DNA of 64,000 nt, taken from Candidatus Binatia bacterium. Lineage in GTDB: Bacteria > Desulfobacterota > Binatia > UBA12015. The notes under the pieces were generated by a model. The model made no database searches. It had not been told where the DNA came from and saw nothing but the letters and a program-made list of their open reading frames with translations. Where the stretch lies: assembly GCA_036563615.1 (NCBI GenBank), contig DATCMB010000004.1:407293-471292 (forward strand), read 5' to 3'. Position 1 is the stretch's first letter, and every line of letters begins with the position of its first letter. A program made the position numbers and the translations under genes. Positions 26,231 to 39,205 of this stretch are shown in pieces.

Positions 26231-27184
26231 TCAGCGCGCGGCCGTCGAGCCGTCCGCGCCGCTCTCGCCCACCGCGCAGTCGACCGGCGACACGGCGCCC
26301 GGATCGAGCGTCCGCAGCGTGTCGCACCAGGCCGCGATCGCGGCCTCGTCGCTGCGCAGCTGCGTCGTGCGGTCGAGCAGCCGGTGGATGTCCGCCGCGC
26401 GCCGACGCTGGTTGATCGCGAGCGGCAGCGACGCCGGATCCTGCGCGTTGACCTCGCTCAGCGTGACGAGGTCGAGCGCGATCTCCGGGATGTTCTCGCG
26501 CCGGCGGTCGATCTGGAGCGCCTCCTCGAGCGCGGCCACCGCGGCGGCGCGATTGCCGACCGACGCGTGCACCGCGCCCAGGTTGCGCAGCCGGTTCGCC
26601 GCGCCGGCCTCGTTGCCGCGCTTGCGGTCGATCTTGAGCGCCGACTCGAGCAGCGAGATCGCACGCTGCGGATCGCCCTGCTTGCGCGCGAGCAGCGCCT
26701 GGTTGTTGAGGATCGTCGCGAGCGTCGCGTCCGCGCCGGCGGCCTCGGCGACCGCGCGCGCTTGCTGGTAGTGCGCGTCCGCCGCCGCGAGGTCGCCGGA
26801 CTCCTCGTACAGCGTGCCGAGGTTACTCAGCGCCGCGGCCTCCTCCGCGCCGTCGCCGGTGAGCCGCGCGAGGCTCTGCGCTTCGAGGTACGCGAGACGC
26901 GCGCCTTCCGGATCGCCGGTACGCTGGCGCAGGTTGCCGACGCGGTTCAGCGCGCCCGCGATCGCCGCGGTGTCGTCGATGCTGCGGTAGCCGAGCAGCG
27001 CGCGCTCCTCGAGGATCCGCGCGCGCTCGAGGTCGCCGCGCTGCGCCGCCTCGAAGCTCGATTGCTCGAGCGTGCGGGCGTCGGCGCGCACGCCGGTGCG
27101 ATCGCTGCTGCTCGTCGCCGAGCACGCGAGCGTCCCCGCCGCGAGCGCGAGCAGCGCCGCACGCTTGATCGCGTCGGACCGCAT
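26231..27184 (-). CDS. TPR-repeat protein (secreted/lipoprotein-like)
   Basis: Signal peptide (ALLALAAGTLAC) followed by at least six tetratricopeptide repeats (ALNRVGNLRQRTGDPEGARLAYLEA...). The ATG is immediately after the mlaD stop (TAGATG). Confidence 0.7.
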   Translation of the reverse strand: MRSDAIKRAALLALAAGTLACSATSSSDRTGVRADARTLEQSSFEAAQRGDLERARILEERALLGYRSIDDTAAIAGALNRVGNLRQRTGDPEGARLAYLEAQSLARLTGDGAEEAAALSNLGTLYEESGDLAAADAHYQQARAVAEAAGADATLATILNNQALLARKQGDPQRAISLLESALKIDRKRGNEAGAANRLRNLGAVHASVGNRAAAVAALEEALQIDRRRENIPEIALDLVTLSEVNAQDPASLPLAINQRRRAADIHRLLDRTTQLRSDEAAIAAWCDTLRTLDPGAVSPVDCAVGESGADGSTAAR

Positions 27185-28294
27185 CTAGCGCGCACCCGCC
27201 GCGGGCGCGGCCCCCATGCTAGGCTCGATCGAGCTGTCGATGCGCTCCATCGCCGCCGGTAGCTGCTGCGTCTTCTGGTCGATGTAGCCGCGCAGGAAGA
27301 TCGTCTTGCCGGCGGCGTCGAACACCGTGGTCGCCTCGCGGATGCCGCGCTGGGTCTCGAGCGCGAGCATCGGGAAGGTGTCCGAGGCGACCTTCAAGTT
27401 CTCGGCGACGACCTTCAGATCCTCGACGATGGTCGGGAAGTGCTGCGCGCTCTCGCGCAGCGTCTCCGAGAGCTGGGCGATCTCGCCGGCCGCCTTGCGC
27501 ATCGACTGCATGGTCGCCGGCAGGTCCGAGGTCGCGATGCGGATCTGCTCGATCGTCCCCTGCGCCGAGAGCAGCACCTCGCGCGCGTTGGTCAGCGTGC
27601 CCGTGAGCTCCTCCTCGACCGACGGCGAGTTGATCAGCCGGCCGATCGTGCCCTCGCCGGCGTCGACCTTCGCGAGGATGTTGCTCATGCTCTCGAGCGA
27701 GCGCTGGATCGGCGACTGCTCGTCGGTCAGGTTGCCGGTCGCCGACGCGATGTCGCCGAGGATCTTGTCGAGCTTGTCGCGGATCGGCTCGATCTGGTCG
27801 ATGATGTCGGTGAGCGTCAGCGGGTCCTGGCTGCGCAGCGTGGCGCCGGCGGGAATGATCGGCGCCTGCGCGCTGCCGACCGAGATCTCGACCGACTTGT
27901 CGCCGAGCAGGCCGACGGAGGCGATGGTCGCGACCGAGTCGGTGCGGATCTGCTCGTGGAAGCGCTCCTCGATGTTCATCACGACCTCGACCTTGCCGAC
28001 GCGGCCGATCGGCTTCGGCTCCGCGTCGGCCGGCTCGTCGGCGGTCGGCTGGTAGGTATCGGCGGGCACGAAGCGAAGCCGCTCGACCGAGCCGACGTGC
28101 ACGCCGGCGACGAACACCGGCGCACCCGCGCGCAGACCGCTCACCGTGCCGAAGATCGCGTTGACGCGAAACCGCTTCTCGAAGATGCGCTGGTTCGCCC
28201 CGAGCATGACCACCATCACGGTGGCCGCCGCCAGCGCGACGAGCACGAACACGCCGACGATGGTCTCGCGGCGACGCTCCGTTTCTCTGCTCAT
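27185..28294 (-). CDS. mlaD: MCE-family protein MlaD (outer-membrane lipid asymmetry maintenance)
   Basis: N-terminal TM anchor, an MCE domain (FGTVSGLRAGAPVFVAGVHVGSV) and a long C-terminal helical region, downstream of mlaE and mlaF. Confidence 0.8.
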   Translation of the reverse strand: MSRETERRRETIVGVFVLVALAAATVMVVMLGANQRIFEKRFRVNAIFGTVSGLRAGAPVFVAGVHVGSVERLRFVPADTYQPTADEPADAEPKPIGRVGKVEVVMNIEERFHEQIRTDSVATIASVGLLGDKSVEISVGSAQAPIIPAGATLRSQDPLTLTDIIDQIEPIRDKLDKILGDIASATGNLTDEQSPIQRSLESMSNILAKVDAGEGTIGRLINSPSVEEELTGTLTNAREVLLSAQGTIEQIRIATSDLPATMQSMRKAAGEIAQLSETLRESAQHFPTIVEDLKVVAENLKVASDTFPMLALETQRGIREATTVFDAAGKTIFLRGYIDQKTQQLPAAMERIDSSIEPSMGAAPAAGAR

Positions 28295-28321
28295 CTCAGT
28301 GATTCTCGGTCGTTCTTTTCT

Positions 28322-29110
28322 TCAGCCATACAGGAACGCGCGCAGCTTCGCGTTCGGGCTCTGCTTGATCTCCTCGAGCGGTCCCTCGACCAGAATCTTC
28401 CCCTCGTCGAGCATCGCCACCCGGTCCGCCACCAGGAAAGCGCAGCGGACGTCGTGCGTCACGACGATCGACGTCACGTGGCGCTCCCGCTGCAGCCGCC
28501 GGATGAGCTCGCTGATGGTGTCCGAGGTGAGCGGGTCGAGGCCCGTCGTCGGCTCGTCGTACACCACGATCTCGGGCTCGAGCACGATCGAGCGCGCGAG
28601 CCCGACGCGCTTCTGCATGCCGCCGGAGAGCTCGGCCGGCATCTTGTCCTCGATGCCCTCGAGCTCGATCCACGACAGCACCTCGGCGACGCGCGCTGCG
28701 ATCTCGTCCTCCGAGAGCTTGCGGTGCTGACGCAGCGGGAAGGCGATGTTCTCGCCGACCGTCATCGAGTCGAAGAGCGCCGCGCCCTGGAACAGAAAGC
28801 CCGTGCGCAGCCAGACGTGCCGCCACTCGTCGATCGTCTTGAAGCGCGTCACGTCCTCGCCGTCGACCAGCACCTGACCTGCGTCGGGCGTCAGCAATCC
28901 CACCAGCATGCTCAGCAGCACCGACTTGCCCGAGCCGCTGCTGCCCATGATGACCTGGGTCTCGCCGCGGTTGACGCGCAGGTCGACGCCGCGCAGCACC
29001 TGCTTGTCGCCGAAGGACTTGTGCAGGTTGCGGAACTCGACCAGGACGCGGCCGTCGCTCGCGCCCTCCGAAGCGCTGGTCGTCGTCGGCGCGATCTTCT
29101 CAGAAGCCAA
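28322..29110 (-). CDS. mlaF: ABC transporter ATP-binding protein MlaF
   Basis: Walker A (GSSGSGKS), ABC signature (LSGGMQKRVGLAR), Walker B (VVYDEPTTGLD) and H-loop. Confidence 0.85.
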   Translation of the reverse strand: MASEKIAPTTTSASEGASDGRVLVEFRNLHKSFGDKQVLRGVDLRVNRGETQVIMGSSGSGKSVLLSMLVGLLTPDAGQVLVDGEDVTRFKTIDEWRHVWLRTGFLFQGAALFDSMTVGENIAFPLRQHRKLSEDEIAARVAEVLSWIELEGIEDKMPAELSGGMQKRVGLARSIVLEPEIVVYDEPTTGLDPLTSDTISELIRRLQRERHVTSIVVTHDVRCAFLVADRVAMLDEGKILVEGPLEEIKQSPNAKLRAFLYG

Positions 29111-29894
29111 GGGAAACCAGGATCTGCGTCATGAAGACGTCGGTGATGAAGATCATCAGCGAGGCGGTGACCACGGTGTTGGTGGTCGCGCGCCCGACGC
29201 CGCTCGTGCCGCCCTCGGTGCGGAAGCCGTAGAACGACGCCGTCGTGCCCACGATCAGCCCGAAGATCACCGTCTTGCCGAGGCCGGTCAGCAGGTCGTT
29301 GAGCGTCACGTAGTAGAGCGTCGTCTCGAGGTAGGTCGACGGCGGCACGCCGCCCGCGGTCACCGCGACCAGCGCGCCGCCGAGGATGCCGAGCAGGTCG
29401 GAGATCGCCGCGAGCAGCGGCACGGCGAGCACGCAGGCGAGGATGCGCGTCGCGACCAGGTACTGCCGCGGGTCGACCGCGAGCACCTGCAGCGCGTCGA
29501 TCTGGCGCGTCACCTTCATCGAGCCGAGCTCGGCGCTGATGCCCGATCCGGCGCGTCCCGCGACCATGAGCGCCGTCACCACCGGCCCGAGCTCCTTGGT
29601 GACCGACAGCCCCACCACCACCGCGACGTAGTGGACCGCGCCGAACTTGCGCAGCATGACGATCGTCTGCAGCGCGAGCACGACGCCGATCGCGAACGAC
29701 GCAATCGCGGTGAGCGGCAGCGTCTTGAGGCCGATCTCGTAGAGCTGCAGCACGACGACGCGCACCGGGAAGCCGCGTCGCACGATCGTCCGCGCCGAGC
29801 TCGCGAGGAAGACGACCAGGCTGCCCACGAAGCTCGCGAGCTCGATCACCTGGCGGCCCGCGTTGGCGACGAATGTCGGTTTGGTCGGATTCAT
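29100..29894 (-). CDS. mlaE: ABC transporter permease MlaE
   Basis: MlaE/YrbE family with 5-6 TM helices and conserved blocks (GPVVTALMVAGRAGSGISAELGSMKVTRQIDAL). The ATG at 29894 is verified. Confidence 0.85.
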   Translation of the reverse strand: MNPTKPTFVANAGRQVIELASFVGSLVVFLASSARTIVRRGFPVRVVVLQLYEIGLKTLPLTAIASFAIGVVLALQTIVMLRKFGAVHYVAVVVGLSVTKELGPVVTALMVAGRAGSGISAELGSMKVTRQIDALQVLAVDPRQYLVATRILACVLAVPLLAAISDLLGILGGALVAVTAGGVPPSTYLETTLYYVTLNDLLTGLGKTVIFGLIVGTTASFYGFRTEGGTSGVGRATTNTVVTASLMIFITDVFMTQILVSLGF

Positions 29895-29940
29895 CGGCAA
29901 CGTGCGCTGTGCGCGGCTTACCACGCGCTGCTGGTGCGAT

Positions 29941-32325
29941 CTAACGACGGCGCGCGCCACCGCCGAACAGCGCGCCGATCTTGCCCGGCAGCGCCGCGAA
30001 CCACTCCTCGACGGCTTCGCGCACCTGCTTGACGGCGGACGCGGGATCGGTGCGCGCGACCTGCCGCGTGACCTCGCGCGCGCACGACTCGCGCGGCGCG
30101 GTCCCCGCGAGGAACACCTCGGTGATCGCCGGACCGCAGCCCTCCGCCGCGAGCTTGCCGGACGAGGCTTCGACCGACACCAGCTCGACCCCGCGCGGCA
30201 CCTCGAACTGCTCGCCCGGCAGGCCGGCGAGCGCGCGCTTCATGATCGCGGTCCACACCGGGACGGCGAGCTGGGCCGCGCCGCCGCGCAGCGGCCGGTC
30301 GTCGTCGAAGCCCACCCAGACGCCGACGACCAGCGTCGGCGTGTAGCCGACGAACCAGGCATCGCGCGAGTCGTCGCTGGTGCCGGTCTTGCCGGCGATC
30401 GCGCCGCGCAGACCGGCACGCCGCACCTGGCTCGCCGTGCCGTGGTCGACGACGCCCTCGAGCATCGAGTGCACGACGTAGGTCGCGTCCGCGCGCGCGA
30501 CGTCCTCGCTGCGCTCCCCGCCCCGCAGCAGCACCACTCCCGACGGCGCCTTCACCGTCGCGATCGAGCGCGGCACGACGCGATCGCCGCCGCGCGGGAA
30601 CAGCGTGTAGGCCGCCGTCACGCGCAAGAGCGAGCTCTCGAAGGCGCCGAGCGCGAGCGCCGGCACGCGCGGCAGCCCGGCGCTGACCAGCCCCAGGCGG
30701 TCGCCGAACTGCGCGATGCGCTCGACGCCGTAGCTCTCCGCGAGCTGCACCACCGGCACGTTGAGCGAGTTCTCGAGCGCGTTGCGCACCGTCACCGGGC
30801 CGCGGTAGCGGTCGTCGACGTTCTTCGGCGACCAGGTCGTGCGGTCGTAGCGCAGCGTGATCGGCTCGTCGTGCAGGATGGTCGCCGGCGTGATGCCGCT
30901 TCTCCGGTCGCCGATCGCCGCGAGATAGACGAACGGCTTGAACAGCGAGCCCACCTGACGGCGGGTGCGGATCGCACGGTCGAGCTGGCTCGCGAGGAAG
31001 TTGCGGCCGCCGACCAGCGCGCGCAGCGAGCCGTCGCGCGGGTCGAGCGCGACGACCGCGATCTGCACGGTCTCCTTGCCCGGCTGCTCGCGATCGAAGC
31101 GGCGTCCCGCCGCCTCGACCTCCTCGCTGGCGATGCGCTGCAGGCGGTAGTCGAGCGTCGTGTAGACCTCGCTGCCGAACGCGAGGCGGGTCGGGTCGAG
31201 CGCCTCCTCGCGCAGCTCGCGCCGGACCTGCTGCATGAACCAGACCTCGCTCGGCGCGCCGCGCCCCTTCGGCGGCTCGAGCTTCTCCTCGCGCGCCTTC
31301 TGCGCCTGCTCGGGCTCGATCCAGCCGAGCTCGAGCATGCGGTCGAGCACCTCGTTGCGCCGCCGGATCGCGTGCTCCGGGTGGCGCAGCGGCGAGTAGA
31401 CGTTCGGCGCCCGGATCATGCCGGCGAGCAGCGCGCCCTCGGCGAGCGTCAGCTCCGAGACCGACTTGCCGAAGTAGACGGCGGCCCCTTCCGCGAAGCC
31501 GTAGATGCCGACCAGGCGATCGTGCCCGAGGTAGACGGTCGCGAGGTAGCACTCGAGGATCTCGCGCTTGTCGAAGCGCGCCTCGAGCAGCAGCGCCATC
31601 GGGATCTCGCGCAGCTTGCGGCTGATCGTCCGCTCCTGGGTCAGGAAGTGGTTCTTGACGATCTGCTGCGTGATCGTGCTGCCGCCCTGCTTCACCTCGC
31701 CCGCGAGCCAGTTGACGCGCAGCGCGCGCAGCAGCGCGCCGAGGTCGATGCCGCGGTGCGAGAGGAAGCGGTAGTCCTCGGCCGCGAGCACGGCGTCGAC
31801 CACGACGGGCGGCACGTCCTCGAGACGCAGCGGACGCCGTCCCGTCCAGTGCGAGGTGAAGAGCCCCTCGAGCCGCCGCGGCTCGAGGCTGATCGTCTGC
31901 ACCTGCGCGCCGTCGTCGGTCTCGATCGAGCGCACGCGCTTGCCGCCGTCGAGCTCGAGCGTCACGCGCTGCGCGGGGCGCTCGCCGTAGCCGTCGGGGT
32001 TGGGCGACGGGTTCAGGTAGATGTCGAGACGCTGCCCGGTGCGGCGGAACGTCCCCGGCTCGGTCGGACGCTCGGTGACCGCGCGGTAGCCGAGCTCCTG
32101 CAGCTCGTCGGCGATCCCGGCGGCGTCGACGTCCATGCCGACCGCGACCGCGCGCGGCGCGGCGTAGATCCGCACCGGGTGTCGCCAGCGAGCTTCGCCG
32201 AAGCCCCGCACCACCTGGCGATCGAGCAGGAACACGGCCGCACCCACCGCCACCGCGAGCAGGAGGAGCGCCCGCCGGAGGAGCCGCGGGGAGCGGCGGC
32301 GCTGCACTTCCGCGCCGGCTTCCAC
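29941..32325 (-). CDS. mrcB: Bifunctional class A penicillin-binding protein (PBP1B-like: UB2H + GT51 transglycosylase + transpeptidase)
   Basis: N-terminal TM helix, a UB2H-like region, GT51 motifs (EDYRFLSHRGIDL, GGSTITQQIVKN, RKLREIPMALLLE) and transpeptidase SxxK/SxN/KTG motifs (GSLFKPF, KTGTSDD). Confidence 0.85.
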   Translation of the reverse strand: MEAGAEVQRRRSPRLLRRALLLLAVAVGAAVFLLDRQVVRGFGEARWRHPVRIYAAPRAVAVGMDVDAAGIADELQELGYRAVTERPTEPGTFRRTGQRLDIYLNPSPNPDGYGERPAQRVTLELDGGKRVRSIETDDGAQVQTISLEPRRLEGLFTSHWTGRRPLRLEDVPPVVVDAVLAAEDYRFLSHRGIDLGALLRALRVNWLAGEVKQGGSTITQQIVKNHFLTQERTISRKLREIPMALLLEARFDKREILECYLATVYLGHDRLVGIYGFAEGAAVYFGKSVSELTLAEGALLAGMIRAPNVYSPLRHPEHAIRRRNEVLDRMLELGWIEPEQAQKAREEKLEPPKGRGAPSEVWFMQQVRRELREEALDPTRLAFGSEVYTTLDYRLQRIASEEVEAAGRRFDREQPGKETVQIAVVALDPRDGSLRALVGGRNFLASQLDRAIRTRRQVGSLFKPFVYLAAIGDRRSGITPATILHDEPITLRYDRTTWSPKNVDDRYRGPVTVRNALENSLNVPVVQLAESYGVERIAQFGDRLGLVSAGLPRVPALALGAFESSLLRVTAAYTLFPRGGDRVVPRSIATVKAPSGVVLLRGGERSEDVARADATYVVHSMLEGVVDHGTASQVRRAGLRGAIAGKTGTSDDSRDAWFVGYTPTLVVGVWVGFDDDRPLRGGAAQLAVPVWTAIMKRALAGLPGEQFEVPRGVELVSVEASSGKLAAEGCGPAITEVFLAGTAPRESCAREVTRQVARTDPASAVKQVREAVEEWFAALPGKIGALFGGGARRR

Positions 32326-32427
32326 GCGAGCGATCTTAGAGCAGGCGCGCGGAAGCTGCGAACGCCCGGCACGCCGGAGTCGCGCCGCCGCGGCGATCGC
32401 GTGGCGTCGTGCGGGCGAGCCCGCCCG

Positions 32428-34179
32428 TCAGTTGAGCTGGTAGGTCGCCCGGAACCAGATCTCGTCGCGGTCGCGGAACAGGCCGAGGCCGGGGCCGAAG
32501 CCGTTGTTCTCGCTGCCGAAGGTGTGGATGTTGATGTACCGCGAGCTGAGGATGAACGAGTCGCTCACGCGGTAGACGAGGTCCGGCCAGATGCCGAGCG
32601 CGCCCCGGCCGTTCATCACGGCCGTGATGCCGGCGTTCAACTTGCCGTGCATGAAGTTCGACTCGAGGTGCGTCTGGAAGAAGTAGTCGAACACGGGGTT
32701 GTTGACGAAGTCGCAGCCGCCCGGACCGCCGTTGCAGCCCTCGACGACCGAGCCGGCCGGCGCCCCGCCCCTGCCCTGACGGATCAGCGCCGACGGCTTC
32801 AGGACGCCGCTCGCGCGGTAGTCCTTGTACTTGGTCTCGTCGGGGTTCGCGGTGAAGACGAACGCCGTCACCCAGATGAAGCTGTTCGACGGATTCAGCC
32901 AGCGGATGAAGATGTTGCGGTCGATGCCGAGCTCGCCGCGGATCAGGTTGATCTTGTCGTAGCGGCCGCAGGCCGCGAAGTTCTTCGGACCCGGCGCGTT
33001 GCACTCGGGGCTGAGGCCGCGCTCGATGTTGGTGTCGACGCGAAAGCCGGGCTGGTTGTTGAACACCTCGACCTCGGTGCGCACGATCGCGTTCAGGAGG
33101 TCGCTGTACCACGACGTCGCGGTGCCGATGACGTTGACGAGCGGGTACTCGGTGGAGGTGACGAGGCGCCCGGTGACGGGCGAGAGGCCGAGGTTGATCG
33201 CAACCGGCTCGGTCGGGAACGTCTTGTAGAACCAGACGCTGGTCGTGTAGTCGCCGATCACCGTCTGGAAGCGGACGCCCCAGCGCGAGTTGCCGGTCTT
33301 CGGCTGCGGGCGACGCTGGAACACCTCGACCGCGGGACCCGGCGCGGGCGGCGGCGCGGAGAACGGGCTGCCGCTCTGCATCTGCAGCGGCGACACCGTG
33401 GTGTCGAGCCATCCGGGAACCCAGTACGCGTCGATGAAGCCGCTCGACATCGGGCCGAGGTCGGTGAACAGCTGGTAGGTCGCGCGCAGCGTCCACAGCG
33501 GGATGCGCGCTTCGTCGATCTCGATGAACGCGCCCGGCGCGATCGTGGTGTCGAACGGATTGTTCGCGTCGAGCAGACCGATCGTGTCGGCCTCGCCCCA
33601 GGAGATCGCCTGGCGGCCGATGCGCACGAACAGCGGGCCCTTCGAGATGTTGACGTACGCCTCGTTGACGCGGATGCGGCGCGCGTAGATGTCGCGCACG
33701 TTGCGCGCGAGCGCGTTGCCCGCGATCGCCTGATTGCGCGTGTCGCCCTTGGTCTGGAACGCGCCGTGCGGACCCTGGTGAAATTTGATCTCGGCGGCGC
33801 GCTTCCGGTACTGCTTGGGGCCGAAGTCGTAGAGGCCGTCGTAGAAGCCCCACAGCGCGAGACGTCCGCTGAAGTCGTCGAGCCAGCCTTCCGGCAAGAG
33901 CGACGTCGCCTTCACCTCGAACTCGGGGTTGAAGAAGTTGCGCCACTGCATGACCTGGCCCGCGAACTTCGGCGGGTCGGTGACGAAGCGCTGGCTGTTC
34001 TCGGTCGCGAACGTCACCTGGCTGTAGGCCCGCATGCGCAGGCTCAACAGCTGGTTCTCGTCGAGGTAGAGGGCGTGCGCCTGGGAGGCGACGAGCGACG
34101 TCGTCGACGCCGCGATGATCAGGGCGATCGCACGATCGAGCTTCCGGCCGATCCCCTTGACGCACGATCGAACATCCAT
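32428..34179 (-). CDS. DUF1302-like outer-membrane protein
   Basis: Signal peptide, an aromatic-rich beta-barrel-like composition, a conserved RIGRQAISWGEADT block recalled from DUF1302 proteins, and a C-terminal YQLN. No DUF1329 partner is adjacent. Confidence 0.5.
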   Translation of the reverse strand: MDVRSCVKGIGRKLDRAIALIIAASTTSLVASQAHALYLDENQLLSLRMRAYSQVTFATENSQRFVTDPPKFAGQVMQWRNFFNPEFEVKATSLLPEGWLDDFSGRLALWGFYDGLYDFGPKQYRKRAAEIKFHQGPHGAFQTKGDTRNQAIAGNALARNVRDIYARRIRVNEAYVNISKGPLFVRIGRQAISWGEADTIGLLDANNPFDTTIAPGAFIEIDEARIPLWTLRATYQLFTDLGPMSSGFIDAYWVPGWLDTTVSPLQMQSGSPFSAPPPAPGPAVEVFQRRPQPKTGNSRWGVRFQTVIGDYTTSVWFYKTFPTEPVAINLGLSPVTGRLVTSTEYPLVNVIGTATSWYSDLLNAIVRTEVEVFNNQPGFRVDTNIERGLSPECNAPGPKNFAACGRYDKINLIRGELGIDRNIFIRWLNPSNSFIWVTAFVFTANPDETKYKDYRASGVLKPSALIRQGRGGAPAGSVVEGCNGGPGGCDFVNNPVFDYFFQTHLESNFMHGKLNAGITAVMNGRGALGIWPDLVYRVSDSFILSSRYINIHTFGSENNGFGPGLGLFRDRDEIWFRATYQLN

Positions 34180-34337
34180 TGCGCCCCCTCCTGGCTCGTG
34201 GATTCAGCTTCGTCGTACTGCCCGGCTGAGCGGCGGCCGACACTATCGACGGCCCCTGGCGCGTGTCAACGAGAGCGCCATGTGCTGCGACGCGTCAGCC
34301 GTTGCAGCACGAGCATGGATGCTGCGAAGCTCCGCGC

Positions 34338-34958
34338 ATGAGCCTCGACCTCGATCCGAAGAAGGCGGCGCTGCTCGTCGTCGAGCTGCAGAACGACATG
34401 GTGCACGAGTCGAACGTCGGGAAGCGCGGCCTCGGCGGCGCGCTCGCCGAGGCGGTGCACCGTCGCGGCGTGCTGCCGAAGGTCGCGCGACTGCTCGCCG
34501 TCGCGCGCGAGCACGCGGTGCCGGTCTTCTACATCAACGTCGCGAACAAGCCGGGCTTCCCGCGTCCGCGCGCGCGCATCTACGCGCTCGCCGCCAAGCG
34601 CGGTCCGCTGCTCGTCGAGGGCACGTGGGGCGCGCAGACGCACGAGGCCGTCAAGCCGGCGCCGCAGGACTACGTGCTCGAGCGCACCACGTCGGTCGAC
34701 GGCTCGTACGGCACCGGGCTCTACGCGATCCTCGCACAGCTCCGCCGCGAGCAGCTCGCGGTCTGCGGCGTCTCGACGACGTTCGCGGTCGAGGGCATCG
34801 TGCGCGCGTCGCTCAACCGCGGCTACGAGATGTTCGTCGTCGAGGATTGCTGCGCCGGCGTGCCGCAGGAGTGGCACGACTGGTCGATCCGCAACACGCT
34901 GCCGCTGCTCGCGACGATCACGGACGCGGCCTCTCTCGAGGCCGCGATCCGCGGCTGA
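34338..34958 (+). CDS. Cysteine hydrolase, isochorismatase family
   Basis: Isochorismatase-like fold markers (ALLVVELQNDM, catalytic Cys in AVCGVSTTFAVEG). The ATG at 34338 is verified. Confidence 0.75.
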   Translation: MSLDLDPKKAALLVVELQNDMVHESNVGKRGLGGALAEAVHRRGVLPKVARLLAVAREHAVPVFYINVANKPGFPRPRARIYALAAKRGPLLVEGTWGAQTHEAVKPAPQDYVLERTTSVDGSYGTGLYAILAQLRREQLAVCGVSTTFAVEGIVRASLNRGYEMFVVEDCCAGVPQEWHDWSIRNTLPLLATITDAASLEAAIRG

Positions 34959-34981
34959 TCGTCGACGCCAACGCTTCGGCG

Positions 34982-38141
<3,160 letters not shown>

Positions 38142-38151
38142 GCGCGCTCGC

Positions 38152-38177
38152 GCGAGGGGTCGCACGGCCCCTCGCCG
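38152..38177. terminator. Hairpin in the convergent gap, likely a bidirectional terminator
   Basis: GCGAGGGG-tcgcacg-GCCCCTCGC between the metB-like gene (+) and the small ORF (-). Confidence 0.3.
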
Positions 38178-38209
38178 CCCGAGCGCTCGTCGCCTCGTAC
38201 GCCGCGCTC

Positions 38210-38425
38210 TCAGTCGTCCCCGACGGTCTCCCAGCGCACCTCCCAGAACTCCGGCACCGGCGGCTTGAGCTCGAAGTGGCCGCCGAAGCAGTCGAAGCTC
38301 GGTCGGTGCATGAGACGGTCGTTCAGCAAGCGCAGGTACTCGGCGAGCGGCTGACCCGCGGGCGGCGTGCCGATGTCGAGGCGCTTCGCCTGACCGCACT
38401 TCTTGCAGCGCACGTCGACCTTCAC
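38210..38425 (-). CDS. Small Cys-containing hypothetical protein (71 aa), possible zinc-ribbon
   Basis: VKVDVRCKKCGQAKRLDIG...FDCFGGHFELKPPVPEFWEVRWE. GC3 bias is host-like, and the GTG start overlaps the truA stop (GTGA), suggesting translational coupling. Confidence 0.45.
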   Translation of the reverse strand: MKVDVRCKKCGQAKRLDIGTPPAGQPLAEYLRLLNDRLMHRPSFDCFGGHFELKPPVPEFWEVRWETVGDD

Positions 38426-39195
38426 GGGTAGCGCACCCACTCGAGCGACAGGCCGTGCGGCGGCGCGGGCGGGGCCGCGAGACGGCGGTCGCGCGCCGCG
38501 AGCAGCTCGCGCATCCAGGAGACCGGCTTTCGCCCACGTCCGATCTCGACGAGCTGGCCGACGACGTTGCGCACCATGTGACGCGCGAACGAGTTCGCCT
38601 CGACCGCGTAGCGCACGATCTCGCCGTCGCGCTCGACGTCGCTGCGCACGACCACCCGGACGCTCGGACGCGGCACGTTGTCCGCACCCTGGAAGCTCGC
38701 GAAGTCGTGCTCGCCGACGAGCACCGCGGCGGCCTCCGCCATCGCCGCGACGTCGAGCGGCTCGCGCACGTGCCACGCCGTGCGCAGCTCGAATGGCGAG
38801 CGCACCTCGTGGTTCCAGATGCGGTAGAGGTACGCGCGCCGGATCGCGTCGCGGCGCGGATCGAAGTCGGGACGCGTGCGCTCGAGCGTGCGCAGGACGA
38901 TGTCCTGCGGCAGCACGGCGTTGACCGAGCGCCAGACCCGCTCGAGCGGCGAGCGTCCGTCGCGCGCGCCGGGCTCGGGCGCCTCCGCGAGGTCCGCCGT
39001 CGCGTCGAAGGCGATCACCTGCCCGCGCGCGTGCACGCCGGCGTCGGTGCGGCCGGCCGCCGCGATGCGGATCGGCTCGCGCAGGACCGTCGACAGCGCC
39101 TTCTCGATCGTCTGCTGCAAGGTCGGGCCCTCGCTCTGCGCCTGCCAGCCTCGGTACGCGGTGCCGTCGTAGGCGACCACGGCACGGTAGCGCAT
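38422..39195 (-). CDS. truA: tRNA pseudouridine(38-40) synthase TruA
   Basis: Conserved TruA motifs (YDGTAYRGWQ, catalytic Asp in AAGRTDAGVHA, FARHMVRNVVG). Confidence 0.85.
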   Translation of the reverse strand: MRYRAVVAYDGTAYRGWQAQSEGPTLQQTIEKALSTVLREPIRIAAAGRTDAGVHARGQVIAFDATADLAEAPEPGARDGRSPLERVWRSVNAVLPQDIVLRTLERTRPDFDPRRDAIRRAYLYRIWNHEVRSPFELRTAWHVREPLDVAAMAEAAAVLVGEHDFASFQGADNVPRPSVRVVVRSDVERDGEIVRYAVEANSFARHMVRNVVGQLVEIGRGRKPVSWMRELLAARDRRLAAPPAPPHGLSLEWVRYP

Positions 39196-39205
39196 CGCTC
39201 CCGGG

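Noticed and set aside
25829..27262. 477-aa plus-strand ORF overlapping the SxtJ-like gene and the TPR gene.
   Set aside because: Arg-rich antisense artefact. The minus-strand genes have coherent domain structure.
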